Shown piece by piece: positions 24,953 through 38,630 of a stretch of 64,000 nucleotides of DNA (its first letter is position 1; each line of letters begins with the position of its first letter). Location of the stretch: positions 49,662,001 to 49,726,000 of the forward strand of contig NC_043006.1 in NCBI RefSeq assembly GCF_006345805.1. The letters are read 5' to 3'. Position numbers and translations under genes: made by a program. Under the pieces are notes generated by a model, which saw nothing but the letters and a program-made list of their open reading frames with translations, was not told the DNA's origin and did no database searches. The DNA is from Octopus sinensis. Taxonomy: Eukaryota.

Positions 24953-25930
24953 GCGGCGAGCTGGCAGAAACGTTAGCATGCTGGGCGAAATGCTTAGCAG
25001 TTTTTCGTCTGTCTTAACGTTCTGAGTTCAAATTCCGCCGAGGTCGACTTTGCCTTCCATCCTTTCGTGGTCGATAAATTAAGTACCAATTACGCACTGG
25101 GGTCGATGCTATCGACTTAATCCCTTTGTCCGTCCTTGTTTGTCCCCTCTATGTTTAGCCCCTTGTGGGCAATAAAGAAAAAAGAATCGTTAGCACGCCG
25201 GGCAAAATGCTTAGCGTTATTTCGTCTGCCGCTACGTTCTGAGTTCAAATTCCGCCGAGGTCGACTTTGCCTTCCATCCTTTCGTGGTCGATAAATTAAG
25301 TACCAATTACGCACTGGGGTCGATGCAATCGACTTAATCCCTTTGTCCGTCCTTGTTTATCCCCTCTATGTTTAGCCCCTTGGGGGCAATAAAGAAAAAA
25401 GAATCGTTAGCACGCCGGGCAAAATGCTTAGCGTTATTTCGTCTGCCGCTACGTTCTGAGTTCAAATTCCGCCGAGGTCAACTTTGCCTTTCATCCTTTC
25501 GGGGTCGATTAAATAAGTACCAGTTACGCACTGGGATCGATATAATCGACTTAATCCGTTTGTCTGTCCCCTCTGTGTTTAGGCCCTTGTGGGTAGTAAA
25601 GAAATAGGTATTTCGTCTGTCCTTAGGTTCTGAGTTCAAATTCCGCTGAGGTCGACTTTGCCTCTCATCCTTTCGGAGTCGATAATTTAAGTACCAGTTG
25701 CGTACTGTGGCCGATCTAATCGACTGGCTCCTCCCCCAAAAAATTCAGGCCTTGTGCCTAGAGTAGAAAAGAATTATATCGAACCCAGTACTTGACTGAT
25801 ACTTTACTTTATATATCGCAGAAGGATGAAAGTCAAAGTTGACCTCAGCAAGATTTGAATTTAGAAATTAAAGACGCACGGAATGCTGCTAAACATTTTG
25901 TCCGGCATGCTAACAATTCTGCTAGCTCGC
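24953..25930 (+). mobile_element. Tandem array of four SINE-A units followed by an inverted copy (25780-25930)
   Basis: Core repeats at about 25020, 25237, 25454 and 25628; the junction AATAAAGAAAAAAGAATCGTTAGCACGCCGGGC occurs twice. Confidence 0.9.
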
Positions 25931-26454
25931 TGCATAGTATTATGTAATAATAACAGCAAAGTACATAATCGAATGTATGCAGCGAGAAAACCAACTCAAT
26001 ACTTTAGGAAATATAACGGACGAAGGTGAAAGAAAGGCGTATGGCGAGGGGAATGGCAGCAAGAGAAAAGAAAAAGTGGCACAAAAATGTTACACTTTAA
26101 AAAAAAAGAAACAGCAATTAAAAAGAACAAAAAGAGATTTAATTAATTAGCAGGTGAAAGATAAAGTAGATAATATATAGATTTGAGAAACGAAGCAAGT
26201 ATTTAAAACAAACCATTTTTTGGGGAAAATAAAAATACTTTTAAAGGATTTAACAAACAAGGTAAATAACTCTACGAAGAAGCATAAAACAAGAAACATA
26301 AAATAAATTAACTAACCCATAAAACAAAAGAAAAAAAGCTGAGCCATCTAAACCACAAGAATGATGGAATATCGTAAAGGAAGATAAAATCTATGTAAAA
26401 GAAAATTATTCGGAAATGAGCTGTGTAGGTGAAATCCAGTTTTTCTGAATGAAA

Positions 26455-27137
26455 CACCTTAGCGGCACTTCGTTCAAATTTACGTTCAGTGTTCAAATTC
26501 CGCCGAGGTCGACTTTGCCTTTCATCCTTTCAGGGACGATAACATAATTATCATTTGAGTAACGGTGTCGATATAATCGATGAACTCCTTCCCCAGAAAT
26601 TGCCATCCTTGTGCCAAAATTTGAAACCAATTTAGGGCGGCATAATAAATAGGAGGCTGTATGTATGGCTATTTTTTTTTAAAGCCTCCTCTTCCTAGTG
26701 GCACAGAGAAGTCACTGCCCCATTTTCTCTTTCGTGCTATATTAAACTTAAAAGATCCTTAATACATCGACAACACTACACCCCAGAATATACCAGGGCT
26801 GGACTGTCGACTCATCTGATCCTTTTTTTTTTTACTGGCGTATCAGTAATTAAGGCTCTATCTTATCGATTCGGTTTTTGTATCTGTAATGAGAGGTCAG
26901 TGTATATGTTTCCGCACGAACTCAGTCCTGTTGAATAGGGCGACGAGCTGGCAGAAACGTTAGCGCGCCGTTACGTTCTGAGTTCAAATTTTGCCGAGGT
27001 CGACTTTGCCTTTCATCCTTTCGGAGTCGATAGATATAGTACCAGTTACGCACTGGGGTCAATGTAATCGACTTAATCCCTTTGTCTGTCCTTGTTTGTC
27101 CCCTCTATGTTTAGCCCCTTATGGGCAATAAAGAAAT
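26455..27137 (+). mobile_element. Two SINE-A copies (26455-26630, 26938-27137)
   Basis: Same core and tails as the other SINE-A copies. Confidence 0.8.
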
Positions 27138-28526
27138 ACGTATAGGACTTGACTTATTTATATTACTGATAATGACAGTGGTCATTAATAGTGGTGATAA
27201 TGGTGTTGATGGAAACGTTGTTCTTATTGGTTTCGAGGGTGATGATTGATGCAATGTTGATAATAGCTGATGCATGAACATTGTTACAATGGCGGTGGCC
27301 TTGAAGTTGTCGACGTTGTTCTCGTTGTTGTTTCTGCGATTCACATCGGTGTTGGTATTATCGACTATAATAGTGGGAGGAATGTAGATGTGACATTTTT
27401 TTCCAGAGAAATTCGAGAAACGTGAGTTACTGACAAAGATGCTGACGTTGCTGTTGCTCCTTTTGTTGGATTTTCTACAATGGCACTCGTTACAATTCAA
27501 TAACGTCAATGTCATAGTTAAAGCGGGTGTGGTAGTAACACCAAAGTCTTTCGTTGTCATGACGACAATTCCAATAATTCCTAGCGCTTTCCTTTTTCCC
27601 TGTTAAAATTATCTTCTTCCACAGTGAATACTAAAACGGCATTTTTGGCATCCGCTTGTTTTTTTTTTATAGAATTTTTAATACAAGATTGCGGATTTTC
27701 TTGAAGGAAACGCTACTAGGGAGGAGTATCTTATGAAAAAAACTGCATATAAATGATGGGTGTTGGTTTGTCAAGAAAATTATCAGGAAAATACAATGCA
27801 AACGTATCCTTTTGAGAGCGAAAGCAGCAAAATGCCTGAAACATACAGAAGCAAAATCCCATAGTGTTCATAGCAAATATCAATAATAATAATGATGATG
27901 ATGATGATGATAGTGTACCATACACACGAATGAAGGGGAAAGATGAAGGAGGAATATAGATGCATCAGATTAATACTGAAAACAAAGATACATTCAAAAA
28001 ATAAGGTAAAAGGCATCAATACTCGAATTGTAACAAATATAAGTTATAGTTATATTATTCTCAATTGGAGAGAGAAAGTGTAGAGAGAAAGACCGGAAAA
28101 ATAATGGCTGCATTTAGAACACAGCACTCAAAATCTGATGCTGAAAAATTATATTTTCTATGTATATAGGGAAATTCAACAACAGATGTATTATATAATA
28201 TTTACAGTACAACTACAAAAATGTTTACTAAACAAATTATGAAAGCTTTTAGAAATAGCTATGAAACCCGAACAAAACTAACTCCTGATTTTTCTCTTTT
28301 TTTTTTGCCTTCAGGGATGTCGATAAAAACTAAAATCTACTTTTTTGTCTTCAAGAATGTCAATAAAAACAAAGGCTGAAATGATAAAAAGCCATGAAGA
28401 AGAAAAGAAGCAACAGAAATTATGAAAAGGCTGAAATTTAAGATAAAATTGAAACTACAGAACGCTCCGATAAAGAGATAGTAAGACAAGCTCCTACAGA
28501 AATATCCGAAGGCTATTTGTAGAAAC

Positions 28527-28780
28527 GTGGAGGAACGTGGCTTTGTGGTTAGGGTGTCAGCATCATGATTGTAAGATTGTGGTTTCGATTCCTGGAGCGG
28601 GTGACGCGTTGAATTCTCGAGCAAAACATTTCATTTCACGTTGCTCTAGTCCACTCAGCTGCCAAAATTGAGTAACGGTGCGATGGACTGGCGTCCCGTC
28701 CAGCTGGGGAACACATACGCCATTGAAACCGAGAAACCGGGCCCATGAACCTGGCTAGGCTTTAAAAGGGCGCATTTATT
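28527..28780 (+). mobile_element. SINE family C copy
   Basis: GTGGTTAGGGTGTCAGCATCATGAT.GTAAGATTGTGGTTTCGATTCCTGG; near-identical to 34129-34375. Confidence 0.85.
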
Positions 28781-28829
28781 TTTTATTATTTGTCGAAACT
28801 ACATATAAAAACGGTCTCCATGACCACTA

Positions 28830-30870
28830 AAGCAACTATTCTCCCTTAGAATTACAGGTGCATGTTCAGAGCAGGCCCATTCACACGGACCACGTTCACC
28901 ACTCTCCTCCTTTCAACAAATTTTCTGGGAAGCCAAACTTTCCTCCGTACCCTCACTTATCATTTCAAGTGAAATTTTTAAAACTCGATGAGGGCTAGGC
29001 CAAAGAGGAAAGTGTCTTATTGTCATGATACAATTTGTCCATGTCCACTTTGTTACAATGAGAAAAGTCAGTCCGTTCCTGTCAGACAGTCTATAATTTG
29101 TGAGTAAGTTTGTAAGGCTTTGCACCAGAGAAACAATTTTGTTATAGCTACCACACAGAAGAAAAACGGCTTGAACTAGGACGGTTTCGTAGCTCTGCGT
29201 GGACCTCAGCCAGGCGCGGCTGCCAGTATTACCATGCGTATAGAGTTTAAGCTGAAACAGTTATCCCCCGCCACCCATTAACACTGATAGACCAGAGACT
29301 TCTGGAAATTATCTATGGCTCCAGTTTGGAAATCTTCTGGGAAAGGCTAGCTAGATAATTTTCATCGACGCTCAATGTCTCTCCAAGGACGCCATCTCTC
29401 TTATTACTATTCCTGTTCAGGACGCCATAGCGGAAGACCCACCGAATAGTCTGGCAGAGGGATATGAGAGCCTAACAGCATTCAAGGTACCAGGCGTTCT
29501 GCTTCGGTGTACTTTTAATTCAGAACTCCACCTCTGTGAAGGAGAGGAACTGCTGAAAAGCGTGTCTGGCGAACGGTGACAACACCTGCTCACTGTCAAG
29601 GAAATGTTGATGTTGTAACTTCAGCTTACGTCTGTGCATCATTATGTACAACGTGTCCATCCATCTACACAGCAGGTGTTGACTACAAATGGATCATCTG
29701 ATCAACGGAACATGTCCCCTTCAAAGAAAGTAGAAAAGCAAGCAATCCATTGTAGTCAACCATAAAGCGGAGCAAGACATGAGGGTCAGGCAGTAGCAGA
29801 TGACAGATGCGATGTGAGTTTTCACCACCAGCATCCGACCCTTCGGGGATACTTTCTTCTCTACCCATATTTTAGTGACAATGGCCACCCTGTTCGTCAC
29901 CTCTTCTCAGTTGGATGGCGTGGAACTGCTTTTCCAGTTGCAGAGTGGCTGAACCACCTGCCTGGTTGATTTATGCTCCTGCCACCGATCACCTCAATGT
30001 ACCGATCACCTCAATGTATTTGGTGTCCGACACAATTATAATGATGTCGTCGTCCGCACCATGCCCTTCAAAAACCTCCAGCATCTCCAGTCATCATTCT
30101 AGTGCTAGCACGTACAGAAGTAGAGAGCTGGAACTCTTTCGACGAACCTAACGCACGAATTTGAACGGTTCCGACAGATGGTCATACATTCTGACTACAG
30201 AGCAAACTTCGCAATACAGTGAGGAAATCAATCTTCTGAAGACGAGCTTGAAACCAGCCATCTTCAGAATAGCCACGAAGTATTGATAGTTGATTCCATC
30301 GAAGGCTTTCGAATGGTTTAAATTAATACTCTATCTAACCTGTCTATAGTGTATCGCGTGTGGTGGATAGATCTCATTGGGATGACACATGCCGTCGCAT
30401 CACCAACAAGATCATCAATGAAAAGCGTAAACATCTTAGCAAACATTGACGAACATCTTAACTATTATATTTAACAGTTACGGGTTTAATATTATCAAGG
30501 TCGACCCCACGCTAATGTTCAGATAATTTCTCAACAGTAGCACTGCATCACATATCGCAGGACAGGGGATTCTTCCCTTTGCATTAGCAGTTTGCCAAAA
30601 GGATACCAAACAAGACTAGCATGTGAAAGTAAAGTTTGTAGGACAGATCATCCAGTTATGGCAACTTCTCTTTCATATGCATTCATTTAACGCTTTCCGT
30701 TTATCATTAGCTGTTATCGGCTTTTCGCAGGACTCTGCATTTCCATCCGACGCAGGCAGTAAAGCCCATACTCATCTTCGACACACCGTCGGCCCCGAAC
30801 AGTTAAGTGAAGTGCCAATGAAAAGCCGCTCACATCTACTTGGAATCGGTATTACGTGCCCAGTTTGACT
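28830..30870 (-). mobile_element. Tx1/L1-clade LINE RT region, heavily decayed
   Basis: Minus-strand peptides CEKPITA, NIKPVTV, NLNHSKAFDGINYQY..GFKLVFRRLISSLY, LLLYVLALE and ADDDIII, with many stops and frameshifts. Confidence 0.7.
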
Positions 30871-30954
30871 CGTCAAAGATCAAATGGTGGTTTTGTTATC
30901 ACATTGTGCCTCCACCACGCGAACTAATCGAAAGATTTCCGTTTCTTCATATCT

Positions 30955-31173
30955 TAGAGCACCATGGTTCCACTGCTTTGTGGCAGAAGTAGGAAGATGG
31001 AGTGAGAGAAAGTTGTGGTGAAAGAGTACAGCGGAGATCAACACTACTCCTCGCCGGATCATCGTGGAGCTTAGGTGTTTTTGCTCAATAAACACTCACA
31101 ATGCCCGGTCTGGGAATCGAAACCGCGTTCTTACGACCACGAATCCGCTGCCTAACCACTGGTCCATTGCGCC
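30955..31173 (-). mobile_element. SINE family B copy
   Basis: Reverse complement of the 1016-1205 sequence. Confidence 0.85.
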
Positions 31174-31236
31174 TCCACTCTGCTGTTGCTGCTGTTGTTT
31201 CTGCTGCGGCTGCAATCATTGTTGTTTTTGCTTTCG

Positions 31237-31276
<40 letters not shown>

Positions 31277-31807
31277 CATTGCTGCTGTTGTAATTGCTGC
31301 CTATGCTGCTACTATGGTTTCTGCTGCTGTTGCTGCTGTTGTTACTGCTAGCGCTATTGTCTTCGTATTCATCTGTTCTCCTGTCGTCAAATCTAAAGTT
31401 AGCAGTCAAGCCTGTTGATGTTTGAGTTGAGATGAAAAGAAATGCTGTATTCAATGTTTTATTCGGAGAAATCTTTTCCCTTCCTATCACTTCATACACT
31501 GCTGTGGGAATGAGCTCTGGTGTCATCATAATTTTAAGCATTAAAATTTACGATATGGTGAAATTTTGTTGTTAGGGAGGCGCTCCTTAAGGCCCACACT
31601 TACTGTCTTCATCTTCACACAATGAAGTAAGGATCTTTATTCAACGAACTGTCCCAAAATTAAAATACAACAAAGTATATCCAAGAAAAAAAACCATCTA
31701 ACCTTTCACGATCCGAAGCAAAGTACCTCTAACACATAGCAACAACAACAACAACAACAACAATAACAACAACGATTAAAATGATATTAGTAGTAATAAT
31801 TACTTAC

Positions 31808-32265
31808 TGTAAGCCCAGATACCATCTGTAACATAACTCGGACATTTTTCAAAGACCCTAGTCTTCGCAGGAGTCATGTTCCAACAGCCGTAACCATCCC
31901 AAGTAGGTGGACAATACAAAGTGTTGTTGTTTGGTGTAAACGTCTGGATATTTCTGTGTTGTTCCTGACAGCATTTCAAAGCTGCCAAACAACAGGAGTT
32001 CCAAAGATAGCATCTATCGTAATCATTAATGGCTCCACAAAGCTGTGTCATCGCAGTTTCATTTTCGACGTCTGGAGCAGCGCTGTAGTTGGTGTTGACA
32101 ACGTTCAAATTATAGTCGAGTGTATGATGGAAAACGTTTAAATTTGGAAATAAGTAGTAGTAACACATTGTGCAAGTGATGAGCTTATATAAGTGAAAAG
32201 GTTGTGTACCAGATCGATCACGGCAGTGGATCGGATACATTGGAAGGTAGAGGGTGGATAGCAAT
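31808..32265 (-). CDS. Coding exon of a class B (secretin-like) GPCR; extracellular hormone-binding domain plus Cys-rich N-terminal extension (calcitonin/DH31/CRF-receptor-like, orthology not assignable)
   Basis: Translation contains YCPPTWDGYGCWNMTPAKTRVFEKCPSY, matching the class B ECD signature C-x3-WDG-x2-CW-x2-TP-x7-CP-x-Y. Four N-glycosylation sequons (NYS, NET, NNT, NMT). Strong phase-1 donor TACA|GTAAGT at 31808/31807. The acceptor is uncertain; TCATCAG at 32266 is the candidate. Confidence 0.88.
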
Positions 32266-33219
32266 CTGATGAGACAATCGGGATCAAAAGTTATAGACGA
32301 GTGATTACTCTTTTAATTATAAATTCTCTTATACATAATTTTTTGTTTGTTCACATTCATGCATGTATGTATGCGTATATGTATCTATATACAAATATAT
32401 GTAATTATGTATGTATTATGTATATATGTGGGTATCTTTTATATAAGTGTGTATTTATGGCGATGTGCTCGGAATAAATAATATATAAACGTTTACTTTT
32501 ACTTCTACAAGTTCTCACCAATATTCAGTATTGACTTCTTTTGCATCTGATAGGATGTATATGTTGTGTGTGTGTGTGTGTGTGTGTGTGTGGATGGATG
32601 GATGGATTATAAAGGAATAAAGATGTGACTGTTATAGCTTTCCTAATGGAAATATTGACGTAAGTGGATTGAAATGCGTTCTAATCGAAATCTTTTCCGT
32701 ATCGCAGTACTGGCACACCTGGTGTATACTTCTTTTGCATCGCTTCTGGGAAATGTTACACTTACAAATGGTCAATGACGTATATTTACCATCAAAAATC
32801 CCGCTACTTGAATGTTTCAATTGCACGTTTAATGTTTCCTTTGCTGTGATGATGTATGTTTCTTTCTTTATTTTCCGTTCCTATTTTCCATTTCGTAGAG
32901 CTTGTGTGTCTATGTGTGTGTGTTACTTCATTCAAAGTCCAATTGGTATTTCAGAAATCTAAACGGTGCACCTGTATTTAAAATAAGAGTACATGTATAT
33001 AGTATATGCACACCTACATAAACGCACACATATACAACCCACGCACAAATACAAATACACAAACCCTTAAAATAACACATGCTTATATAAATATTGGAAA
33101 GCAAAAAATCATGAAAGTCGGAAGCGTCAAAACCATTGCAGCGGAAATCTTGAAAACTACTTCTACAACGAAAATACGTCAATGCATACATGCATTCATA
33201 CATGTATACGCACATACAC

Positions 33220-33274
<55 letters not shown>

Positions 33275-33699
33275 TACATACATACATACATACATACATA
33301 CATACATACATACCGTAAATCCTCGAGTATAGTCCGCCTTTGAGTATAATAAGCAGGGGATTTTTAAGGGGCTGTAACTCTGAAAAACCTAAACCTTGTG
33401 TATAATACGCACCCCTTCTATAACTTGAGTCAAGGAGGACTATGTAATGTCCTTGGTTTGTAAAAATATATACGGTAACGTCCTTTATTATTATTGTATA
33501 TATAACATAATGCAAACGTGTAGATTTTTTGTGCATTTTGTTTGCAGAAAATAAAGAAATAACAGTAATAACGTTTAATAAATGTTGCTTATTGCAAGTT
33601 ATGGATGATTTTCTTTATGACTTCATTGCATTCAAACAATGTTGAGAAATATGAACCCGAAATATTTCCTTAAAATAAGTAGTTTCAAATATTCTTTTC

Positions 33700-33830
33700 T
33701 ATTCTAGGCACAAGGACTGAAATTTTTGGGGAAGGAGCTAGTCGATTAGATCGACCCCAATATGCAACTGGTACTTAATTTATCAACCCCGAAGGATGGA
33801 AGGCAAAGTCGACATCGGCAGAATTTGAGA
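33700..33830 (-). mobile_element. SINE-A 3' fragment
   Basis: GGCACAAGG.CTGAAATTTT..GTCGATTAGATCGACCCC..GGCAAAGTCGAC. Confidence 0.75.
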
Positions 33831-34128
33831 GAGTGTTTGTTGAATGAATTAGGAATGGAGAATCCCAGTGGATTTATTAAGTAAAATTTTATACCATCAG
33901 TCAAAAGTCAGTAGTGCTCATGGCTAACACACTAACTTAATTGGCTTAATTTGCCTAAAAGAACACATCATATCATGCAGTAACCACAATTAGAGGTCGA
34001 CATATATTGTGTTATCATTACGTTCGTCTACGATTTGATGGTGTCCTTTTGTAGTTTTGAAGGACGACTACAGTAGGGCCCTTCTTTGTCGTTTCAAGTT
34101 CAAATAAGAACGAGTATGTATGTAAAAC

Positions 34129-34375
34129 GTGGAGGTGTGTGGCTTAGTGGTTAGGGTGTCAGCATCATGATCGTAAGATTGTGGTTTCGATTCCTGGACC
34201 GGGTGACGCGTTGTGTTCTTGAGCATAACACTTCATTTCACGTCGCTCCAGTCCACTCAGCTGGCAAAAATGAGTAACGCTGTGATGGATTGGCGTCCCG
34301 TCCAGCTGGAGAACACATACGCCATTGAAACCGAGAAACTGGGCCCATGAACTTTAAAAGGGCGCATTTATATTT
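34129..34375 (+). mobile_element. SINE family C copy
   Basis: Same head, body and TTTAAAAGGGCGCATTTAT tail as 28527-28780. Confidence 0.85.
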
Positions 34376-37179
34376 ATTTTATGTATGTAAAACCTGATAC
34401 GGGGTATTTGAACAGAAGTATCGTACTAGGAAGCCGCTCATTTGAGTCATGTTGTCATCTTCAAGTAGATAAATACTGAGATTCAATAATCTTAATCTCA
34501 ATCTTTAAAACTTTTCCATGATGAGTAATTATATTTCTTACAAATATAACGAACTGTCACTGTTATATATTTTCGATAATATTTATTTTTAAATTGCCTC
34601 CCAGCGGAATTAATAAAGTGAAATTTTATCAGTATTGTTTTCAAGACACACACACATACATACACACACGGAAAAATCATTTACTTGTCCGTGAAAATTT
34701 AATTGTGTATCATATATGGAAACAAACAAGAAAAAATACCACGACAAGTGAAATTGCGTGGCTAAAAATGCCAAAAAATATTGCAATAACAATCAACCAA
34801 ATGAAAAGTAACAAAGAAATATACAAAGAGTTTTAAACTTTAAAGGAAGAAACGATTCGAGTGATACTCTTTACCAAAGAAGAGAAAAAAAGAACAAAAG
34901 AATTGTGAAGCAGGAAAAAAAATTTACACTACCAAAAAAGACCACGGTTTACATGGCATGCCTTAGGGAAAATAAAAGTTGAAGAACTAGGGTGGGATGA
35001 CCGTAAGTTTCAGCATGATGTGGGGCACAGTGATGCTAAGTAGACAATGGGGGATGGAGTCAGAAAAAGAAAATGGTTAGGAAGAGTGGGTGGAAAGGTA
35101 AGTCAAAGTCAGCGGGAAGGGGAGAAAAGATTTGGGAGAACTAGCTACGGAGAGGAAACGTAGTGGAGAGTTCACAATACTGGTGTTTGTGTATGTGCGT
35201 GGATCTATCGGATATGTGTGTTTTGTTAAGGTGTGGAGGGATGTGCAAAGAAATGTTAAGTTGGAGATATGTTTGTAAGTAAGATGATATGTACGTCAGT
35301 AAGTCTGTGTATGAAGGGGTAGTTATCCTCACACGCCAGTATAGTCTGTGGTATATCTTATCTATTTGAATGTGAAGATGCATAGGATAATTTAAGTGGT
35401 ATCTACGGTGGATATATAAGTGTGTGGTGCACTATGATGCGATGAATGAAGAGGGTTGGAATGCAGTGAGATGGGATGTAGTTGTATTAACGTGGCCACA
35501 TTATTCATACCCGAGGGGCGACGCAACTGAAGTGGAAGTTAGTTATATATTACAGTAAAATCTATTTATAACAACAAATTCACAGTAAAATTTGCTTGAG
35601 TTATTGCCTAAGTCTCCACATTTTTAATCTTGATCCAATGTTTAACTTTTACATGATGAATTTGCTTACCATAAAACTTTAGATATATTGGTCTTCTGGT
35701 TCTCATTTTTTAAGTATTCTAATGTGTCAATATTTTAACAAAATGATGGTACCTTTTTAAATCGGAATGTTACTTTGTAAATTAAAATTAGATAATTTTA
35801 ATATTCAAATTTTATCCTTAGCTGCAATATTTTAAGTAAACATTTTCCTGTTCTGTATTTTACCAGATGTTAATAAGTTCCCCTGAACTTTTTCCAAATG
35901 TAATAACTTGTCCTGTAATTTTCCAGGTTTATAATCTAAAGAATATTATTTCTCTTGCACGCATCTTCCCATATAATCCATGTTTTTCCAGGCTATGCTA
36001 TTATACTAAATAATAATGTGTCGTTGATAATTTTTCCTTGCCTCAATGACGCCAGTAACATATATTAAAAGTCCCTTAGAACTATATTCATAAAAATGTA
36101 TAGAACAATATTATCACCCTCATAACTTTTTAAATTTAAAACTTCATTGCATGAGATTGATACAATGAAATTCCTCGATTTGAGCTCTATCAGTTAATCT
36201 TAATCAAAATATAGTCTGTTTTTAAAACTTATATTAATTATACTTAAATCCAAGTTTTTGCCTTATATTATTTCATGATATTTTACCTCACAACATTTTC
36301 GATACAAATTTTTGTTGTATGGGATCAAAACTATAAAATTCTTCATGCGTTCTTCTATCATTGAAGCTATAAATATATTTTGTTTTTAAAACAAAAAAGT
36401 TATTTAGATCTAAACTTTATTCGTGGCGTTATTTACTCTCTTATATCGTTGATACAAATTTTGATGTAAACATACTGGATGAAATCTCAATTTCTTATGC
36501 CAAAATGTAGCTAGGGACCAGTTCTCTTCAAAAATGTTAACAGTTTTTAATTTGGTTAAGAACTGAATCAGTTACAAGCTCTGAAAGATGCTGCGTGTGA
36601 GTAAAGTGCGGCCTTAAAAATATTATTAATCTACGGTAGTAGTTGAATGATAAAGCTATATACTTTATTCAGTTCGTTCAGAGTTGCCTCTCTTAGGTAC
36701 ATCTCATCAACAAGAGTCAATAAACCTGAAACATTGATGTCTGAAATTCCCGAGAGAGGGCGACACTAAATGAACTGAGAGTGTTCACACCTTTTTACCA
36801 TAAGAGAGATTTTTTCACCACGGCAACTGCAGTGCTACCATTATCAGTTGAAATATGTATTTGCAGTGTTGCCTTTAGCAGTTGAAATATGTGACAAACA
36901 TAATTCAACTAACCTAAATTGTGGATGTGTATATATATATATATATATATATACATAGTTGAAAAAAGATTAGAGATCTATACGAATCAAATTTTTATAT
37001 ATAAAAAATATGGGGGTGGGCATAGTAAGTCTTAAGACATTTCAATTTAAGAAGGAATGTAATAAAAGATTATATAAATAAAAATATTAATATTACCGGT
37101 TTCGATGTATTTCATCTTATCAAATATCAGTAAATATCTATAAAAAGATTGAAAAATTTGAATTCTATCATCTGACTGA

Positions 37180-37830
37180 TCGTCAAGAACACGGCAATGG
37201 GTACGAAAATAGCGCCTACATACGCCAACTTAGTCATGAGATTCCATGAACAAAAAATATGAAATCAATCTCTCCTGATATTTGGTGACACGTTCCATAC
37301 ACTTATTTGCAGATGAAAAAATGAGAAAAACCTTGAAAAACAGCAAATCATCAAAAGCAAAATGCAGCCCAAAACACTAAAACTCATTTTCACTGGAGCA
37401 AAAACACACAAAGAAACTCCCAACCGAACGGTCACAAAAAGCGGAAGAACAAGCTGCGGCACTTACTTTTACCTAATTGATGGACCAGAATTTTAATTCA
37501 AAGATGGCTAAACATTCAAAGTCAGGTCCTGTCTCACCTGCAACACAGAAAACCTGATCTACGTAATCACATGCAATGGTTGCCAACATAATTACATAGG
37601 TCAGATGGGTGAATCGTTACGCCAACAGATCCGAGACAAGAGCACAAGGAAAATTCCTTTAAACAGTCACATTGCAGCCTGTGCAGGAATGGTCTTACCT
37701 AATTTCAAACTATTTTCCCTCTACAAGTGCTCAAATTCCTTCAATCAACAACAGATACTGAATAAAGAAAGACAATTAAATACAGACACAACCACAATCA
37801 ATAAATAAGAACGAACACTTAAAAAGAATT
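37180..37830 (+). mobile_element. Decayed, internally deleted Penelope-like element (Neptune-like)
   Basis: (T)AMGTKIAPTYANLVM RT motif, followed after a deletion by QIIKSKMQPKTLK...NLIYVITCNGCQHNYIGQMG (GIY-YIG), with stops and frameshifts. It resembles the 8029-9432 element. Confidence 0.8.
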
Positions 37831-38175
37831 TTAAACAATTTAATACATATTATTATCATTTAAAAAATACTTCCAATCGTTTCCTAAATCTTTTCTCAAT
37901 ATACATATATGCTCGCACACACACACAAACACACAGATACGCCAAAAAAGAAAGCATCACAAAAACACACACGCACAAACACACACACACACATACACTC
38001 ACATACACATACAAAAGAAAAAATACCTACACAACTCTGTACACACACTCACACAAACACCCACCCACACAAACACATCCACACAAACACACATTATTTA
38101 TATAATCTTTTACTAAATTTCCTCTTAAATTGAATTGTCTTAGAATTGTCCTCTGTGCTATTCCCACCTCCATCT

Positions 38176-38218
<43 letters not shown>

Positions 38219-38292
38219 AAATGAAAATGGAGGGAAAAGAATCGCCAACGATTCATATGTGGTTACATTTATTCATATATATATATATATAG

Positions 38293-38515
38293 AGGCGCAA
38301 TGGCCTAGTGGTTAGGGCAGCGGACTCGCGGTCGCAGGATCGCGGTTTCGATTCTCAGACTGGGCGTTGTGTGTGTTTATTGAGCGAAAACACCTAAAAA
38401 AGCTCTACGAGGCTCCGGCAGGGGGTGGTGATCCCTGCTGTACTCATTCACCACAATGGCGGTGCCCCAGCATGGCCACAGCTCAAGAGCTGAAACTGGA
38501 AAAACAAAAACAAAA
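38293..38515 (+). mobile_element. SINE-B head and body joined directly to the common SINE 3' tail
   Basis: GGCGCAATGGCCTAGTGG...CACCACAA then TGGCGGTGCCCCAGCATGGCC..CTGAAAC. Confidence 0.8.
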
Positions 38516-38524
38516 AACAAACAA

Positions 38525-38562
<38 letters not shown>

Positions 38563-38630
38563 GTAACCACATATGAATCGTTGGCGATTCTTTTCCCTCC
38601 ATTTTCATTTTCTCTTAGACTCTGTCTCCT

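Noticed and set aside
20258-25930. CRISPR-like repeat arrays
   Set aside because: The units are about 200-bp SINE copies without unique spacers, in eukaryotic DNA with no cas genes.
27111-27560. 149-aa minus-strand ORF; similarly 31152..31541
   Set aside because: Low-complexity Thr/Asn/Ser-rich text derived from degenerate trinucleotide repeats.
35486-36615. Possible TTAA-flanked DNA transposon (Kolobok/piggyBac-like)
   Set aside because: Terminal similarity is too weak to call TIRs, and no transposase is present.
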